Of a DNA stretch of 64,000 bases, positions 1-14,062 are shown piece after piece. This stretch comes from the human T2T-CHM13v2.0 reference genome, Homo sapiens: assembly GCF_009914755.1 (NCBI RefSeq), contig NC_060936.1; one strand, 5' to 3'. The position numbers were made by a program, and so were the translations under genes. The notes below the pieces were generated by a model, which was not told the origin of the DNA, did not search any database, and worked only from the letters and a program-made list of their open reading frames with translations. The stretch's first letter is position 1; every line of letters begins with the position of its first letter.

Positions 1-1346
1 AACTGCATGGTTCAAAGCCAGTAATTTCCTGAATCCTGCTCTTTGTGAAGCAGTAATTTTGACCTGCTCTTTAAGATCTTGCTTCTCTTCCTCTATTAGA
101 AGTTATTGGACCCTAAATACCCTTTGTGAAAACCCAAATAATTCTTCTGTTTCATATAATCTCTTTAAAAGAAAGGAGACCTGGAAGCACTTCTTTTGCT
201 TTTTAAAAAATATCCACTTATCATGACTTTGAAGATCTAATATCGTTGTCCCTTATATATCTGTCTAGAATGTCTTCTATGATTTTTAAATTATGGATTT
301 TTTCTCTTCTTCAAGTTTAATTAATTGCCTTCCTTTATTTATTTTTATTCTTTCCTTGCTCCTTTCTAAATGTATAACTGAAACCTATTTTTTCAAACCA
401 TTCCTTGGTTTCTTGTTAACTGTGATTCCAAGAAACATAAAGAGGTCAGGACAGATGTCTTTAATTACTTCCGTGACCTTTCATTTTGTAAAAGTCTTAT
501 TGAGTTGTTTCTCTACCTCCAACCAATAAGAAGATACACACTTTATTTAGCAAGGGACCATAAAATATTTTTTCATAATTACCAAAATTGACCATTCTAA
601 CATGAGTAAAGTCATAGTTTAGGCTTCTAAAATTTAAGTCAAAACTTGTGTAGTAAACAAAATCATAGCCATTTTGAGACCATGTGGCAATGGTAGTAGG
701 CTGGAGGCAACGGGTACATGTAAGAACATACGGACAAAGCACGTGAGTCAAAGATGTTAGCTATTCCTTTATCAAGAATGCAGCTCAATACTACAAAAAG
801 AAGCATGGAATTTCAGGCAGCTGATCTGGCACCTTCTGTAAACAGTTCCTGGCACTAATAACTTAAAGTTTGAAATACACTAGTGAAGTCCATTTGGAAA
901 CACAACAGTCTGTGTAGTTCAAATTCCCAATCTGAAAGCCTGGCTGAAAAACACAGTGTAAGCAGCAAATATTTTTCTCCCTACCCATGTTCAGAAAGAA
1001 CGAATCAATTTTTCTGTCTCACTTGCAATGCCAAGGCAGAATGCAGCTGACAGTCAAGCTACAGCAGCTTGCATTGCAGAACCCAAGCAGCCGACATCTG
1101 CCAAGGCCATTATGGCATTATGGGCCATTTTTGCTGAGATAGAATCAATTGCCTGAACATAAAGCTACCCTAAGCTGTGGTGACATGCCAGTGTCAAAAT
1201 CCCTCATAGCTTTGCACTCAACAAAACTCCAAATCCTAAAGCTACTCTCTTAAATCATGCCAGTTTAATGTCAACTACACAACCTTAAAAGCATGCTATG
1301 GAGTACAATTTTGACTATCACCTAGGTTTAAAAACTGAGCACTTGG

Positions 1347-1642
1347 GGCCAGGTGTGGTGGCCCATGTAATCCCAGAACTTTGGGAGGCCAAGCAGGACA
1401 ATTGCTTGAGCTCGAGTTCAAGACTAGCCTGGACAACATAGGAAGATCCCATCTCTACCAAAATAATATAGTAATAATAATAATAATAATAAGTTAGCCA
1501 GGAGTGGTGGCATGTGCCTGTAGTCCCAGCTACTTTGGAGGCTGCAGTGGGAGAATTGCTTGAGCCTAGGCAACTGAGGCTACCATGAGCCATGATCGTT
1601 CAGCCTGGGCAATGGAGTGGGACCCCATCTCTGAAAAAAAAA
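1347..1642 (+). mobile_element. Alu SINE (old, AluJ-like) with (TAA)n in the central linker
   Basis: GGCCAGGTGTGGTGG...TAATCCCAG...TTTGGGAGGCC left arm, A-rich linker, diverged right arm, poly-A. Confidence 0.93.
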
Positions 1643-1877
1643 CCCACTTAATTAATGAGCTGCTACCAAAACGTTAATATATTACAAGTTAATATGTTGC
1701 CAGAAGCCTAAGAGTAGACCATAATGTATTCTCTGAAGGCAAGCCAATCCCAAAGTAAAGCTGGTATGTGCTAAGCCACTCATGCTCATTTCTTGCCTCC
1801 TTCTTATGGAAGGGGAGGTAAGTCACTCCTTCTTTATAAGAGGCCTGGAATTTTAGTCTGGGACAGTCACACTATAC

Positions 1878-2088
1878 TACTAGTCCTCAACCAGGGACAA
1901 TTTTACTCTCCAGGAGACATTTGGCAATGTCTAGAGTAATTTTTGGTTGTCAAAATTGGAGAGGTGTTACTGGATCTAGTGGGCAAGAGACAGGAACGCG
2001 GCTAAACATCCTGCAATGCACAGGAAAGCAATAGCAGCAAAGAATGATGAGACCCAATATGTCAGTAGTGGCAAGGCTGAGAAACATG
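1878..2088 (+). mobile_element. MER20 hAT-Charlie MITE
   Basis: GGAGACATTTGGCAATGTCT, GCTAAACATCCTGCAATGCACAGG and terminal GAGAAAC match the recalled MER20 consensus. Confidence 0.88.
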
Positions 2089-3383
2089 GCACCATATTGA
2101 AATACTGTATGAGTTGGGAAATAGCGTTTCTCCCTAACAGCTAGATTTACCATCTCACCAAAACTACATGCTAGAGGGTAGAGAGGATACTCCATAAGGA
2201 TATGAGTGCTAACAGGAAGGGAAAGGTGCTAGAAAACAAAATGATCAACGTCCTCTTCAAAATATATGTATATGTGTGTTGTGCCTGTACTTGGAAGTGT
2301 TAAGAGTAACTGTTTACATGGCAGCATTTTAGATATTTTGATTCTAATATATATTTTTGTATTTATATTTTAACTTTTTAACAAGGATTAATATTTCTAT
2401 AGTGATACATTTAAAAAGTAAATTGCTTTCTTTACTTGAGACTTTCACCCAAGTCAAGGGAAAGAGAATGTATCACAAGAAATGATTCTGAGTCTCAAAG
2501 ACATTAGGGAGCATGTGTCTCCTGGTTGCCAATATTGTGAAAAGGTATTGTTCAAATTCTGACAGCCCTGTTGAGAATAAAGAAGAATTTCTTACAATTA
2601 TTGTTATTTTTCAAGAGACAGTAGAATTCTCACTGCTTTGCAGAATATAAAGGAGCATATGACTCTGTAAATTCCTCATCACAAGTTGCCTGGTGCCTGT
2701 ATTCTCCTCTTTTGTGCAGCATAACAAGGGAAGACAGAGTTGCTTGACTCTTACCATATTATTAACTCTAAGTCACATCTGAAATAGGAGCTCTGCAGGG
2801 AGGGTTTAGATAACGACACATCAAAGAAAGAACACAGCCTAAAAATATTTGGTTTAAAATCTCATTCTCGATGTGCCAAGTATTATTTTCTTTGACATAC
2901 TTTGTTGTCTGCCTTTGCAAAACCATAATTAGAATAACTTCCCACTCATATTCCATGGGGAAGAGAGAGGATTTTGTGACCCAGCTGACAAATTACAGAA
3001 ATTGAGAAAAATCCAGTTCAAAGAACTCTGGAATAATAAAATTTTAGAGTAAAAAGAAGATGTGATCATCCATATTAACTTCCCTATTTATAGAAACACA
3101 GAAACTGAGACCCCCGAAATTGAGTTATAATCTTTGATGAAGATTAAAAAGCATAGATATCCTGACTCCTGGACCAATTCTTTTCCACTCTGTGATATTG
3201 TCTCATCTATTGCACTATCCTTTCATCAAATATTTATTGACTATCCATTACAGGCCCTTTGGAAATTCAAAAATAAAGCAGTGAATTCTTATCGGTCTAA
3301 TAGTTTGAATAAAGGGAAAGACTTGTGTATAGATAATTAGAAGAACAGACATTAAGTAATACATGCATTAACAAATAAAATCA

Positions 3384-3683
3384 GGCCAGACATGGTGGCT
3401 AACACCTGTAATCCCAGCACTTTGGGAGACTGTGGTCGGTGGATCACCTGAGATCAGGAGTTTGAGATTAGCCTGGCCAACATGGTGAAACCCCATCTCT
3501 ACTAAAAATACAAAAATTAGCAGAGCATGGTGGCGCATGCCTGTAGTCCCAGCTACTTGGGAGGCTGAGGCAGGAGAATCACTTGAACCCAGGAGACTGA
3601 GATTTCGGTGAGCACGCCACTGCACTCCAGCCTGGGTGACGGAGCGAGATTCCATCTCAAAAACTAACTAAATAAATATAAAA
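3384..3683 (+). mobile_element. Alu SINE (AluS)
   Basis: Full dimer with GGATCACCTGAG; flanking ATAAAATC duplication. Confidence 0.95.
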
Positions 3684-4989
3684 TCGGAGGAATGAAACTC
3701 AAATTCCTATAGAAACTAGACAGGTGATATAAACAAGTAAAAGAGGCTGTGTGCAATTTTTAAAATTAGTGAGGTTTTGGGGCAAACAAGGAAATCCAAG
3801 GAGTGTGCAACGTTAGCTCTGGCTAATTATCACCAGGAAATAATTAGGTTCTTTTTTTTTTTTTAACAAGATAAACTGAGAATCCCAATGTATATGTAAA
3901 AGAGTCATGTTTTTAAACCTTCCTAATTGTGCATATGTATTGTGGGGAAAGGGAGAAGTTATAAAGAGAAGAGAGAAAAGGGATAGAGTATAATGATGAA
4001 AGGCTTTGGGGCTGAGATGAGTGTCAAGGTACAATGTCAAATGTTATGCAGGTTATTGCTGACATTGTCTTGGCAATCCCTCTCCCTATTATATTCCATG
4101 ATGGTTTTTACTTTTGTTTTAGTGTGATTTAACTAATGAGCTATCTATTTTGGATGTCTTTTCATTTTCTCAATAACTGGCCTACTTTCTGACGCTCACA
4201 GGCTTCCTGAATACCCTGGGTACTAGCACTTGCATTTGTCTTACAGATTGAGATGTGAAACATCTCTGCAGCTTTTGTGCCATCACTTTGAACCTTAGAC
4301 GGGCAGTGAATCTCTTTTATGACAGGCTCATATTGAAACTACAGAACAGATGGGAGTTGGCTGGAAATCATAAAGAACAGAGAGAAATCAGCCATGAATT
4401 ACAATTGCCAAGAAATCCTCCAAAGTTATTTTGTATTAACTAGCATGGAATATACTGGAAGACACAGAATACTGAAAGAATAATGGAGTTCATTGTCTTC
4501 TCCAAGGAGCAGTGAAAGCTTTTTGATAGATTCTGAGCACCTGTTTCTTTCTCCTAAGACAGAAGTAGAAGATGATTTCCTTTCAGACATGGAGTGGTTG
4601 AGGACAGGGTGGGGAAACGGTTGGTACTTTTACCTCCCACAATGAAAGTTGCTGCACCACTAAAACATGAAGTGTTGTGCAGTGGTGGGACTGCATGGAA
4701 AACATATCCTTTAATGTAGTAAAAATACAATATGTGTAGGAATAAATGCTATTTCAGCCATCTATCAATGCAAGAGGACAGAGAAATTATAGTGGTCTTA
4801 AATCAAGGTGAGAAAATCAAAGAGTAATTTGTCATGGATGGTTATTCTGTTTATCAACGGAGAAACCATACAACCATGGAGATAAACATGTACTGAGTAC
4901 TTATTATATACTGAGTGTTGTCCATCTGCTGGGATTTGCCAGGTAAGTAATGTAGTTCCCAGCATATGCCATGCTCTATTTTAGGCTCT

Positions 4990-5330
4990 CAGCCTTATAA
5001 GTGCTATCTCTTCTTTCTAAAATGTGATTACCTTCTACTCATTCTTCAGATCTCAGCTTAAATTATTTCTTCCCTAAGAAGCTTTTTCTGACCCTGCAAG
5101 GCTGGATTAAGAGCTCTTCCTATGTACTCTCATAAAAGCCTGTGCACATCTCTATCATTGTCCTGGCCTTCCTGTCTCTTTATCTAGACTGTAACATGAA
5201 GGTGGAGTTTTATTCAGTTTTATAGCCTCAATGTTTTGCACAGTGCTTGGCATAGTGCACATACTCAATGAATGTGTGTTGTATGAATGAGTGAATGAAT
5301 GAATTTATGAATAGAAGGATGAATGAATAA
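4990..5330 (+). mobile_element. L2 LINE 3' end
   Basis: CACAGTGCTTGGCATAG...CTCAAT followed by (TGAA)n tail. Confidence 0.75.
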
Positions 5331-5344
5331 AATATAATCCAGAG

Positions 5345-6455
5345 TGCAGAGACAATGCACAGAATGGGAGAAAATATTTGCAAACTACCTATGTGATAAG
5401 GGATTAATAACTGGAATATATAAGAAGCTCAAACAACCCTATAGGAAAAAAGTCTAATAATCCAAAAATAAAATGGGCAAAAGATTTGAATAGACAGTTT
5501 TCAAAAGAAGACATGCAAGTGGAAAACAGGCATATGAAAAGGTGCTCAACATCACTGATCATCAGAGAAATGCAAATCAAAACTACAATGAGATATCGTC
5601 TCACCCCAGTTAAAATATCTTATATCCAAAATACAGGCAATAATAAATGCTGGTGAGGATGTAGAGAAAAGGAACCCTTGTACACTGTTGGTGGAAATGT
5701 AAATTAGTACAACCACTTTGAAGAACAGTTTGGAGTTTCCTCAAAAAATCTAAAAATTGAGCTACCATTTGATCCAGCAATCCCACTGCTGGGTATATAC
5801 CCAAAATAAAGGAAATCAGTATGTGGAAGAGATACCGGCACTCCTATGTTTGTTGCAGCACTGTTTATAATAGCTAAGACTTGGAAACAACCTGAGTGTC
5901 CATCAACAGATTAATGGATGAAGAAAACATGGTACATATACACAACGGAGTACTATTGAGCCATAAAAAAGAATGACATCCGGTCATTTGCAACAACATG
6001 GATGGAAATGGAGGTCATTACGTTAAGTGAAATTATCCAGGCACAGAAAGACAAACATCACATGCTCTCACTTACTTGTGGGATTTAAAAATCAAAACAA
6101 CTTAACTCACGGACATAGAGAATAGAATGGTTACCAGAGGCTAGGAAGGGTAATGAGAGGCTGAGGGGGAGGTAGGGATGATTAATGGGTACATAAAAAA
6201 TAGAAAGAATGAATAAGACCTACTACTTGATAGCACAATATGGTGACTTTAGTCAATAATAACTTAATTGTACAGTTAAAAATAACTAAAAGACTACAAT
6301 TGGATTGTTTTTAACACACAGGATAAATGCCTGAGGGAATGAATACCCCATTCTCCATGATGTGCTTTATTCACATTGCATGCCTATATCAAAATATCCC
6401 ATGTACCCCATAAATATAGACACCTACCATGTACCCACAAAAGTTTTTTAAAAAT
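5345..6455 (+). mobile_element. 5'-truncated L1 (L1MA-type): ORF2 C-terminus and 3' UTR
   Basis: AGAATGGGAGAAAATATTTGCAAAC, GATCCAGCAATCCCACTGCTGGGTATATACCC, 3' UTR ending GTACCCACAAAA. Confidence 0.93.
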
Positions 6456-9313
6456 CTGTTAGAATCAGAGTTCAACCCCTTGGATGAAGTCAGTTAGTTC
6501 CAGAGATAGAACTGTATGTGTTTCAGGCTGTACTATCAAGAGAGTTGTTAGTTTTAGATAGATTAGTTTTGAGAACTAATAAACATTCATTGAAATATTT
6601 ATATATATAATCCAGAATGGAATATAGAGGGAGTGACTTACTTGCCTAAAGGAATGAGGAAAGACTTCACAGAGAAAATAAAAATATTTGTTGGGATTGT
6701 AAAGATTTCTTGAGAGTCCTATCTCCTGCCATATACTTGTCTATGTAGCGGGATTACAGTTCACCAACAAAGTCTCTGAGTTTACAGAGTAGGGTTAGAG
6801 AGCTTATGAACTAATACATATAGACATGCATACATACATAAAAGTATGTATACATTTTACATCTTAGGTAATGATTAGTGCTGTGATGAAAATGCAACAG
6901 TATTATATGAAAGATTATGAATAAAGGCAAAAATAGGTACAACTTTTCCAGGGTTTAGTTAAACCAAAATTCTTTAAAATTTTATTAACAGATTCTGATC
7001 AACTCTCCAGCTTTCTGCTTACTCAAAGCTGTCCTGTGGAAGGCACATTGCTCAGACTGGGCAAAATCTTGAGTCTTTTGCTGTTCCTTCTCCTCCCCGC
7101 TTTGAACTTCCTGCCCTTTTCTACTCCACACTCAAGACTCCTTCCTTCTACTCATTTAGGCCTAAAATAAAACTACAAATTTCTTAGCAAACAGCCTGTA
7201 TTTTTTTGTCTCCCTAGCCAAATGATCAAATAAATATTTCAGGAAATAAAGAAGAAAGTGGGGTGTTTTGTTTGGACTTAGTGTATAAAGAATTGATTGT
7301 TGGTGTGGGGGAATTAGCATACACAGAGGCAAAAATGTCTTTCTCCTGGATGATAAACATAACAGTGAGCAAATGCTGTCTACACAGATATTTAATGAGT
7401 CATTGGCTAGGCTGAGATGAATGGCAGTCCAAAATTCTGCAAGCCTACATAACCAATAGTCAAGAAATATGAATAACAGTTAACCTAGAATACACACTGC
7501 AATTTTAAAATTTCTAGTGGAAGCACTGAAGTGTCAACAGAATTGCCAAATTTTCTCTTTGATTAAATGTGAGCATATTCAATTCAAGCATTTTATAATT
7601 CATGCCCGTAGGCATTATGACTATGCTCTATAAAATCCCAAAATTCATTATAAAAACTATGGATGCTTAATGAGTCAAATTCCACTTACATTTATTGCTT
7701 AGTAAGCTGTGCTCTTCCAGTTGTAATGTATAGGTTTTAGTTACTCAGACTAACAGCAAATCATATTTGCTGTGTAAAACATCACTGAGCATGAATTATA
7801 ATATCTATTATTCTAGCTTCTGCATCATTAAGGCAAAAATCCAGTTTCGTGGTAAATTTAACCATTAAATGCAGAACTTCTCAATACAACTCGCTGCTTC
7901 TAACTTAGAGTTTGTAAGTGAAAAAGTAAGAACTTTAAGAAATCTGCCCTATCCCACTAGAATCCAATGACAAATCCCTTCAATCCTATTCAATTTATTG
8001 ATTCACTCAATTACACAATTACTATGTAATTACTACGTATTACTATGTAATAAGGCATTGCACTAATTTCTGGGATGCAATGAAATTTACTCTCTAGTTA
8101 GAAAGACTTTAGTCAAATAAGAATTATACAAATAGAAGTAAAATTACAGGTGATGCATTGATTATAAAGTGCCTTACAAGCACATGACAGGTGCCCTGAT
8201 ATAGTTGGAGCATTAGGAATGGCTTTCCTGAGGAAGAAATAAATGATCTGAGATTTAAGGGAATTAATTGGGTGGATGGAAGGTAGCTGGAGACTAGGGG
8301 TGGAGAAAAGATTTCCTAGCAGAGAGAATTGCATACAAAGTTCCTGCACTGAACGTGGGTTCAATCAAAAAGACCAGTGTGGATGAAGGAGGATTGTTCT
8401 GAGATGAAACTAGGGAGATGGGTTGAGGCCAAACCTTGCAGGATTCAAGTGGTCACTTTAGACATTTTGGTCTTTATATTGCCAGGAAGTCCTTGAAGAA
8501 TCTGAAGCAGAGGAATGAAATATAGTTATGCGTAAGTCATATTTCAAATAAGTTTTTGTAAAGGATGCCTCATTTTACATTTTAATAAGAATAAATAAAC
8601 ATCGTTTTCTGTGCTTAAAAATGGTATACAAGTTTTCCTACCAAATTGTTCTTTGGCTTGTAAACATATTTTTCTCAATAGTTGAAGTTGGGAACATTCT
8701 TTCTCCATTTTTGAATAAGCAAGAGGCACCTAACTCAGCAAAGATAAACACCTGCTGTACCTGAAAGACGTAATTATATTTTGAAAAGTAAAGGAGGTCT
8801 GGAATATATTCATGAGGAGTAATATAAACTCATAAAAACATTATATAATTATAAATATAATGGTTTATGTAACTTTGGGCCTGAACAATAAGAATGAAGT
8901 TGATGTGACTGAAAACCAGTAGAATGGGTGATTCCAGAGTACCCAGTTTCCCTAATTATTATATAGGCTCACATTGACTCCCTGCATCCTTGAGAGTGTG
9001 TAGAGCTGTTGCAAATCGCCATGTGCAGACCAATAGGCAACTCCTACCCTTGATGAAGACCTTGGCAAAGACATCTGCAAGTAAGACCATGAGACACACT
9101 GACTAGTAGTGAGCAGTAGCTGAGCTAGTGAGAGAGACTGTTAATCCCTAGATATGCAGCATGTGCCTTCCACCCCCATCTGAGGCTCTTGCTTACTCAC
9201 AGATGTCCTTTCGTTTGTTGGTTTGGTTCAGTGTGTGTGTGTGTGTGTGTCCCCTCAAAATAGGTACAGAGCCTTCAGCTTGCTGGGGAAATTGAAAAGT
9301 TAAAGCTACTTAA

Positions 9314-9932
9314 CTCATTTCATGTTTATTTAAAAAAAAAAAAAAGTGGGCTGGGTGCAGTGGCTCACGCCTATAATCCCAGCACTTTGGGAGGCCTAGG
9401 TGGGAGGATCACTTGAAGTCAGGAGTTGGAGACCAGCCTGACCAACATGGTGAAACCCCATCTCTATTAAAAATACAAAAATTGGCTGGGTGTGGAGGTG
9501 GGTGCCTGTAATCCCAGCTAATAGGGAGGCTGAGGCAAGAGAACTGCTTGGACCCAGGAGGCAGAGGCTGAGCCAAGATCGTGCCACTGCACTCCAGCCT
9601 GGGCGAGAGCATGAGACTGTCTCAAAAACAAAGAAAAAAAAAGTGCAGCTACTGCCAGTGCTCATTTAATTTTACATGAACACACGCTTTGAGGCTGAAG
9701 CAAATCTAACTGATTTTCAATGTGAAAATAAAACGTAAAAACCGTTCTTGGAGTTATTTCTAAACAGAACTTGTCTCTAATCCTAATATAACAGAAATGT
9801 ATATAGTGATCAGTAGTTAATAATTGGAAAAACTTTGACGGTAAGATTAGGACTATAATCCGTGAGTTATCTTTAGGTAAATGTTGCAGCTGCAAGGCCT
9901 CCGGCGAGTATTCTTGTGGCAAATGGGAAATG
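9314..9932. mobile_element. MER75-family piggyBac non-autonomous element, interrupted by an Alu
   Basis: TTAA at 9310-9313; GTGCAGCT..GCCAG..CTCATTTAATTTTACAT, TTTGAGGCTGAAGCAAATCT, and end GGCGAGTATTC..GGCAAATGGGAAA match the recalled MER75 consensus. Confidence 0.8.
9349..9642 (+). mobile_element. Alu SINE (AluS) inserted in the MER75 A-tract
   Basis: Full dimer; AAAAAAAAAGTG present on both sides (TSD). Confidence 0.95.
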
Positions 9933-10087
9933 TATTTATGTACAACTTGTGTTTATGTACAATTTCTCTTGGCATTGTGGGAAATGTGTTTATGTACTAA
10001 TTTGTGTTTATGTACAATTTCTCTTGGTATTGTAGGAATTGTGTTTATGTACTAATTTGTGTTTGTGTACAATTTCTCCTGGTATTG
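9925..10087. repeat. Minisatellite, 3 x 54-55 bp
   Basis: Units begin at 9925, 9979 and 10034 (GGAAATGTGTTTATGTAC..TTGTGTTTATGTACAATTTCTCTTGGTATTGT). Confidence 0.92.
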
Positions 10088-10259
10088 CCAACTCATCAAC
10101 ACCCCAGACCTAGGTCCTTGTTTTGACCTAAGGTGTATTTCCATAAACTAAAACAGTCAAGCTTTTAAAAAATCTCTATTAGACTAGATGGAGAATTGAA
10201 TTTGGACACTTCTACTGTGTTTCCTCATCCACCTGATCTACAAATGTTAGCATGACTCA

Positions 10260-11420
10260 GGCATCAATTCTTGGTGCCTTCCCTTATCTTGAATATACTT
10301 ATTCTCTTAGTGAACTCATTCAATTTCATAGCTTTAAATATTTTCAAATGTTGAATACTTCCAAAGTTATATCTCTGACCTAGATTCCTCCCTCTGAACT
10401 CTAGACTCATAAAACCAATGGTCTGGTCAACCACTCTACTTAGAGGTTTAAAAGGCATCTCAAACCACATGGACAAACCTGAATCTTTATTCTCCAAAAC
10501 TGCTTCTTTTGCGGTCTCCTCCCACCAGTAGATGACAATTTATTATTTCAGTCGCTCAGAACAAAAACTTCTGAATCTTTTAAAATTCTGTTTATTTCAT
10601 ACTGTTGTGATTTATCAAAAAAATTGCTTGTCTCCACATTCTAAATATATATCTCAAATAAATACATCAAAAGTGAAATAACTTCCTACCACCTCCACTG
10701 CTATCACATTGGTTTTAGCTACCATTTTCCCTTACAAGACTGTTGCAAGACTCTCTAAAATAGTCTCCTTACTTCTACCTTGCTTATTTTCAACACAGTA
10801 ATATGAAAGATCCTGATGAAACGCATATATAATCATGTTATTCCTCTACTCAAATACTTCAATGGTTTCTCATCTAATTCAGTCTGAAAGCTAAATTTCT
10901 TCAAGTGATATATTAATACAAAGCCCTAGAAGATGCTTTTCCATATTACTTCTCTAATCTCACCTATCCTATTCTTTACCTCACTCTACTGTAACCATGT
11001 TGGCCTCCTTGCTGTTTCTTGAGCATATGTGTACACTCTCCCCTTGGGTTTTTAATTTATCCTTTCTGTATTTGAGATGCTTTTCCTCCAAATACTCATG
11101 TGGCTCACACCCTCATGTCCTTTGGGTCTTAATTTAAATGTCACCTTCTTAGAACACAAGAGTATTCCCTGACCATTCTCAATCCATACACACTTCTTAC
11201 ATTTTTGTCTGCTTAATTTTTTTCCTGTAACTAGTACCATGTAACATAATTTATATTTTGCTTATTTATCTTATTATCTGTTTCTGCCCCTAAAATGTAA
11301 ATTCCTAAGAGACATGAATTTGTGTCCATTTTATTTTTCTCTTATTATCTCCATGGCCTATAAAATTGTCTGACAATTAGTTGGTACTCAATAAATACAT
11401 GTTGAACAAAATAATTCATA
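10260..11420 (+). mobile_element. L2 LINE 3' portion
   Basis: CTCTGAACTCTAGACTCATA, GGCATCTCAAAC, ending TACTCAATAAATACATGTTGAA. Confidence 0.8.
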
Positions 11421-11929
11421 TTCATGGTAAGATGAATAAAAGTGTAGTGAATACCTAGTGAATAAATAGACATCAGGTAAAATAAGTAGATATTCAAACA
11501 GTATCATAGGCCAATATTAAGATTCAATGTTCAGTGAAATAAAGTAAAATGAAGAGTATAATCTTTGCATAGTAACATATATTCTGTTTTAAAATCCATC
11601 ATACTGAAGCAAAATCACATTTCTTGCAAGTACATCTAATTATATAAATAAGCAGAGTGAAAGGAGAAAAGAATGTTGATGGGCAGTGCAGGGAAAAAAT
11701 AATGAGATATAAAGTAAGAGGGAAACATTGCATGGACTGATGAAGATAGAGTGCCATGAGCTGAGAAATATGAGTAATCCAACTCTTAACACCCACGGTC
11801 CCAAAATAACCACACACTCAACCAAGAATCACTCTTGCTGTAGTGTGGAGACTTATAGGAGAGCAAAAGTCAATCTAAAATGACCAGATATTAATCCATT
11901 GCAATCATCCAAGTAATGTTTGGGGGTAC

Positions 11930-14062
11930 AATAGTATGAACCTAGAAATTAATAACAGGAGGAATCATGAAATATTAACAAGTATGTGGAAATTAAACAA
12001 CATGCTCCTGAACAACTATTGGGTCAAAGAAGTAAGTAAAGGGGAAATTTAAAAATATATTGAGATAAATGAAAATGAAAACACAAAATACCAAAACTTA
12101 TGAGATGCAGCAACAACCATTTTGAGAGAGAAGTTTAATACCAATAAATGTCTGCATCAAAAACAGAGGAAAAAAATAAAAAGATTTCAAATAAACAACC
12201 TAACATTACATGTCAAGGAACTAGACAAATAAGAACAAACTAAGCCTAAAATTAGCAGAAGGAAGAAAATAACAAAGATCAGAACAGAAATAAATGAAAT
12301 AGAGATTAGAACAATAGAAAAGATAAACAAAACAAAGACTTGATTTTTTGAAAAGCTAAACAAAATGAACGAATTCTTCATTGAATTAAGGAAAAAGAGA
12401 GAAGACTCAAATTTGAAAAATCAGAAATGAAAGAAGAGACATTATAACTGATAACACAGAAATACAAAGGATCATAAGAAACTACTATAGGCAATTACAT
12501 GTAATTAAATTGGACCACCTTGAAGAAATAGTTAAATTCTTAGAAATATGTAACATACCAAGACTGAATCATGAAAAATTTGGAAATCTGAATAGATCAG
12601 TAATGAGTAAGGAGACTGAATCAGTAATTTAAAATCCTCCATCAAAGAAAAGCCCACAACTATATGGCTTTGCAGTTGAATTCTACCAAAGATTTAAAGA
12701 AGAACTAATACCAATCCTTTTCATACTCTTCCAAAAGTTGAAGAGGAGAGAATACTTTCCAACTCATTTTACAAGGCTAGTATTAAACTAATACCCCAGA
12801 CAAAGACCTCACAATGAAAGAGAGAAAAATTAAAGACAAATTACTCTGATGAACATAGCTGAAAAATCCTCAACAAAATATTAGCAAACCATATTCAGCA
12901 GTACATTAAAAGAGTCATTCACCATGATCAAGTGGGTTTTATTCCTGGGATGGTTGAACAAACCAACAAACCAAGAAAGTTGGTTTAACATACAGAAATC
13001 AATAAATACAATGCACCGCATTATGAGAATAAAGGAAAAAGACCACATGATTATCTCAAGTGATGAAGAAGAAGTATGTGACAAGAAAACAAATAACCCT
13101 AATTAAAAATGGGCAAAGGACTGGAGTAGACATTTTTCAAAGGAAGACACAGAAATGGCCAACAGACATATTTTTTAAGAGCTCTACATCTCTAGTCATC
13201 AAAGTCATTGTGGCTTTATTTTGCAAAATAAAACCACAATGAGATAAAACCTCAGACTCTTAGATTGGCTATTATAAAGAAGATGAAAGATAACAAGTGT
13301 TGGTGAGCATGTGGATAAGAGGAAGCCCTTATGCACTACTGGTGGTATTGTAAATTAGTATAGCCACTTTGAAAAATAGTATGGAAGTTCCTCAAAAATC
13401 TGAAAAATAGAAATACCATATGGCCAAGCAATCTCACTACTATTCACAATAGCCAAGATATAGAAACAATCTAAATGTCCATCAACAAATGAATGGATTA
13501 AAAATGTGATATATACATATATATATACTCACACACACACACACACAATGGAATACTATTCAGTCTTTTAAAAAAAAAACAAAATTTTTTCATTTGTGAC
13601 AATGTGGATGAACCTAGAGGACATTAAGATAAATGAAATAATCCAAACACAGAGAAAAAAACACCACACGGTCTCACTTACATGAGGAATCTAAAAAAGT
13701 TGAACTCACAGAAGTAAAGAGTAGAATAATGGTTACTAGACATGGGAGTTTGGGAGTAAATAGGGATAGAGGAGACACTGATCAACAGGTAAGAGGGTAC
13801 AATTAAACAGAAGGAATAATTTCTGGCATTCTGTTGGATAGTAAGGTGACTACAGTTATTAATAATATATTGTATGTTTCAAAATAGCTGAAAGAGAGAA
13901 TGTTAAATGTTCTCACCATAAGAAATGATAAATATTTGTGTTGATGTATATGCTAATTACTGATTTGATCATTCCACAATGTATATGTATTTTGAAATAT
14001 CACACTGCATCCCATAAATACATACAATTATTATCTGACAGTTGAAAATAAAATAAAATAGA
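11930..14062 (+). mobile_element. L1 (L1MA-type) ORF2 fragment and 3' UTR with internal deletions
   Basis: TGGAAATTAAACAACATGCTCCTGAAC, EFYQ/FKEELIP-like and DHMIIS-like segments, L1MA 3' UTR ending in A-rich tail. Confidence 0.92.

Noticed and set aside
1815-4948. Perfect plus-strand donors GAG|GTAAGT (1818) and CAG|GTAAGT (4943)
   Set aside because: No convincing paired acceptor or reading frame; a few such matches are expected by chance in 64 kb
9925-10087. CRISPR-like regular repeats (also 21771-21970 and 42340-42583)
   Set aside because: Head-to-tail tandem units with no unique spacers, in a primate genome context
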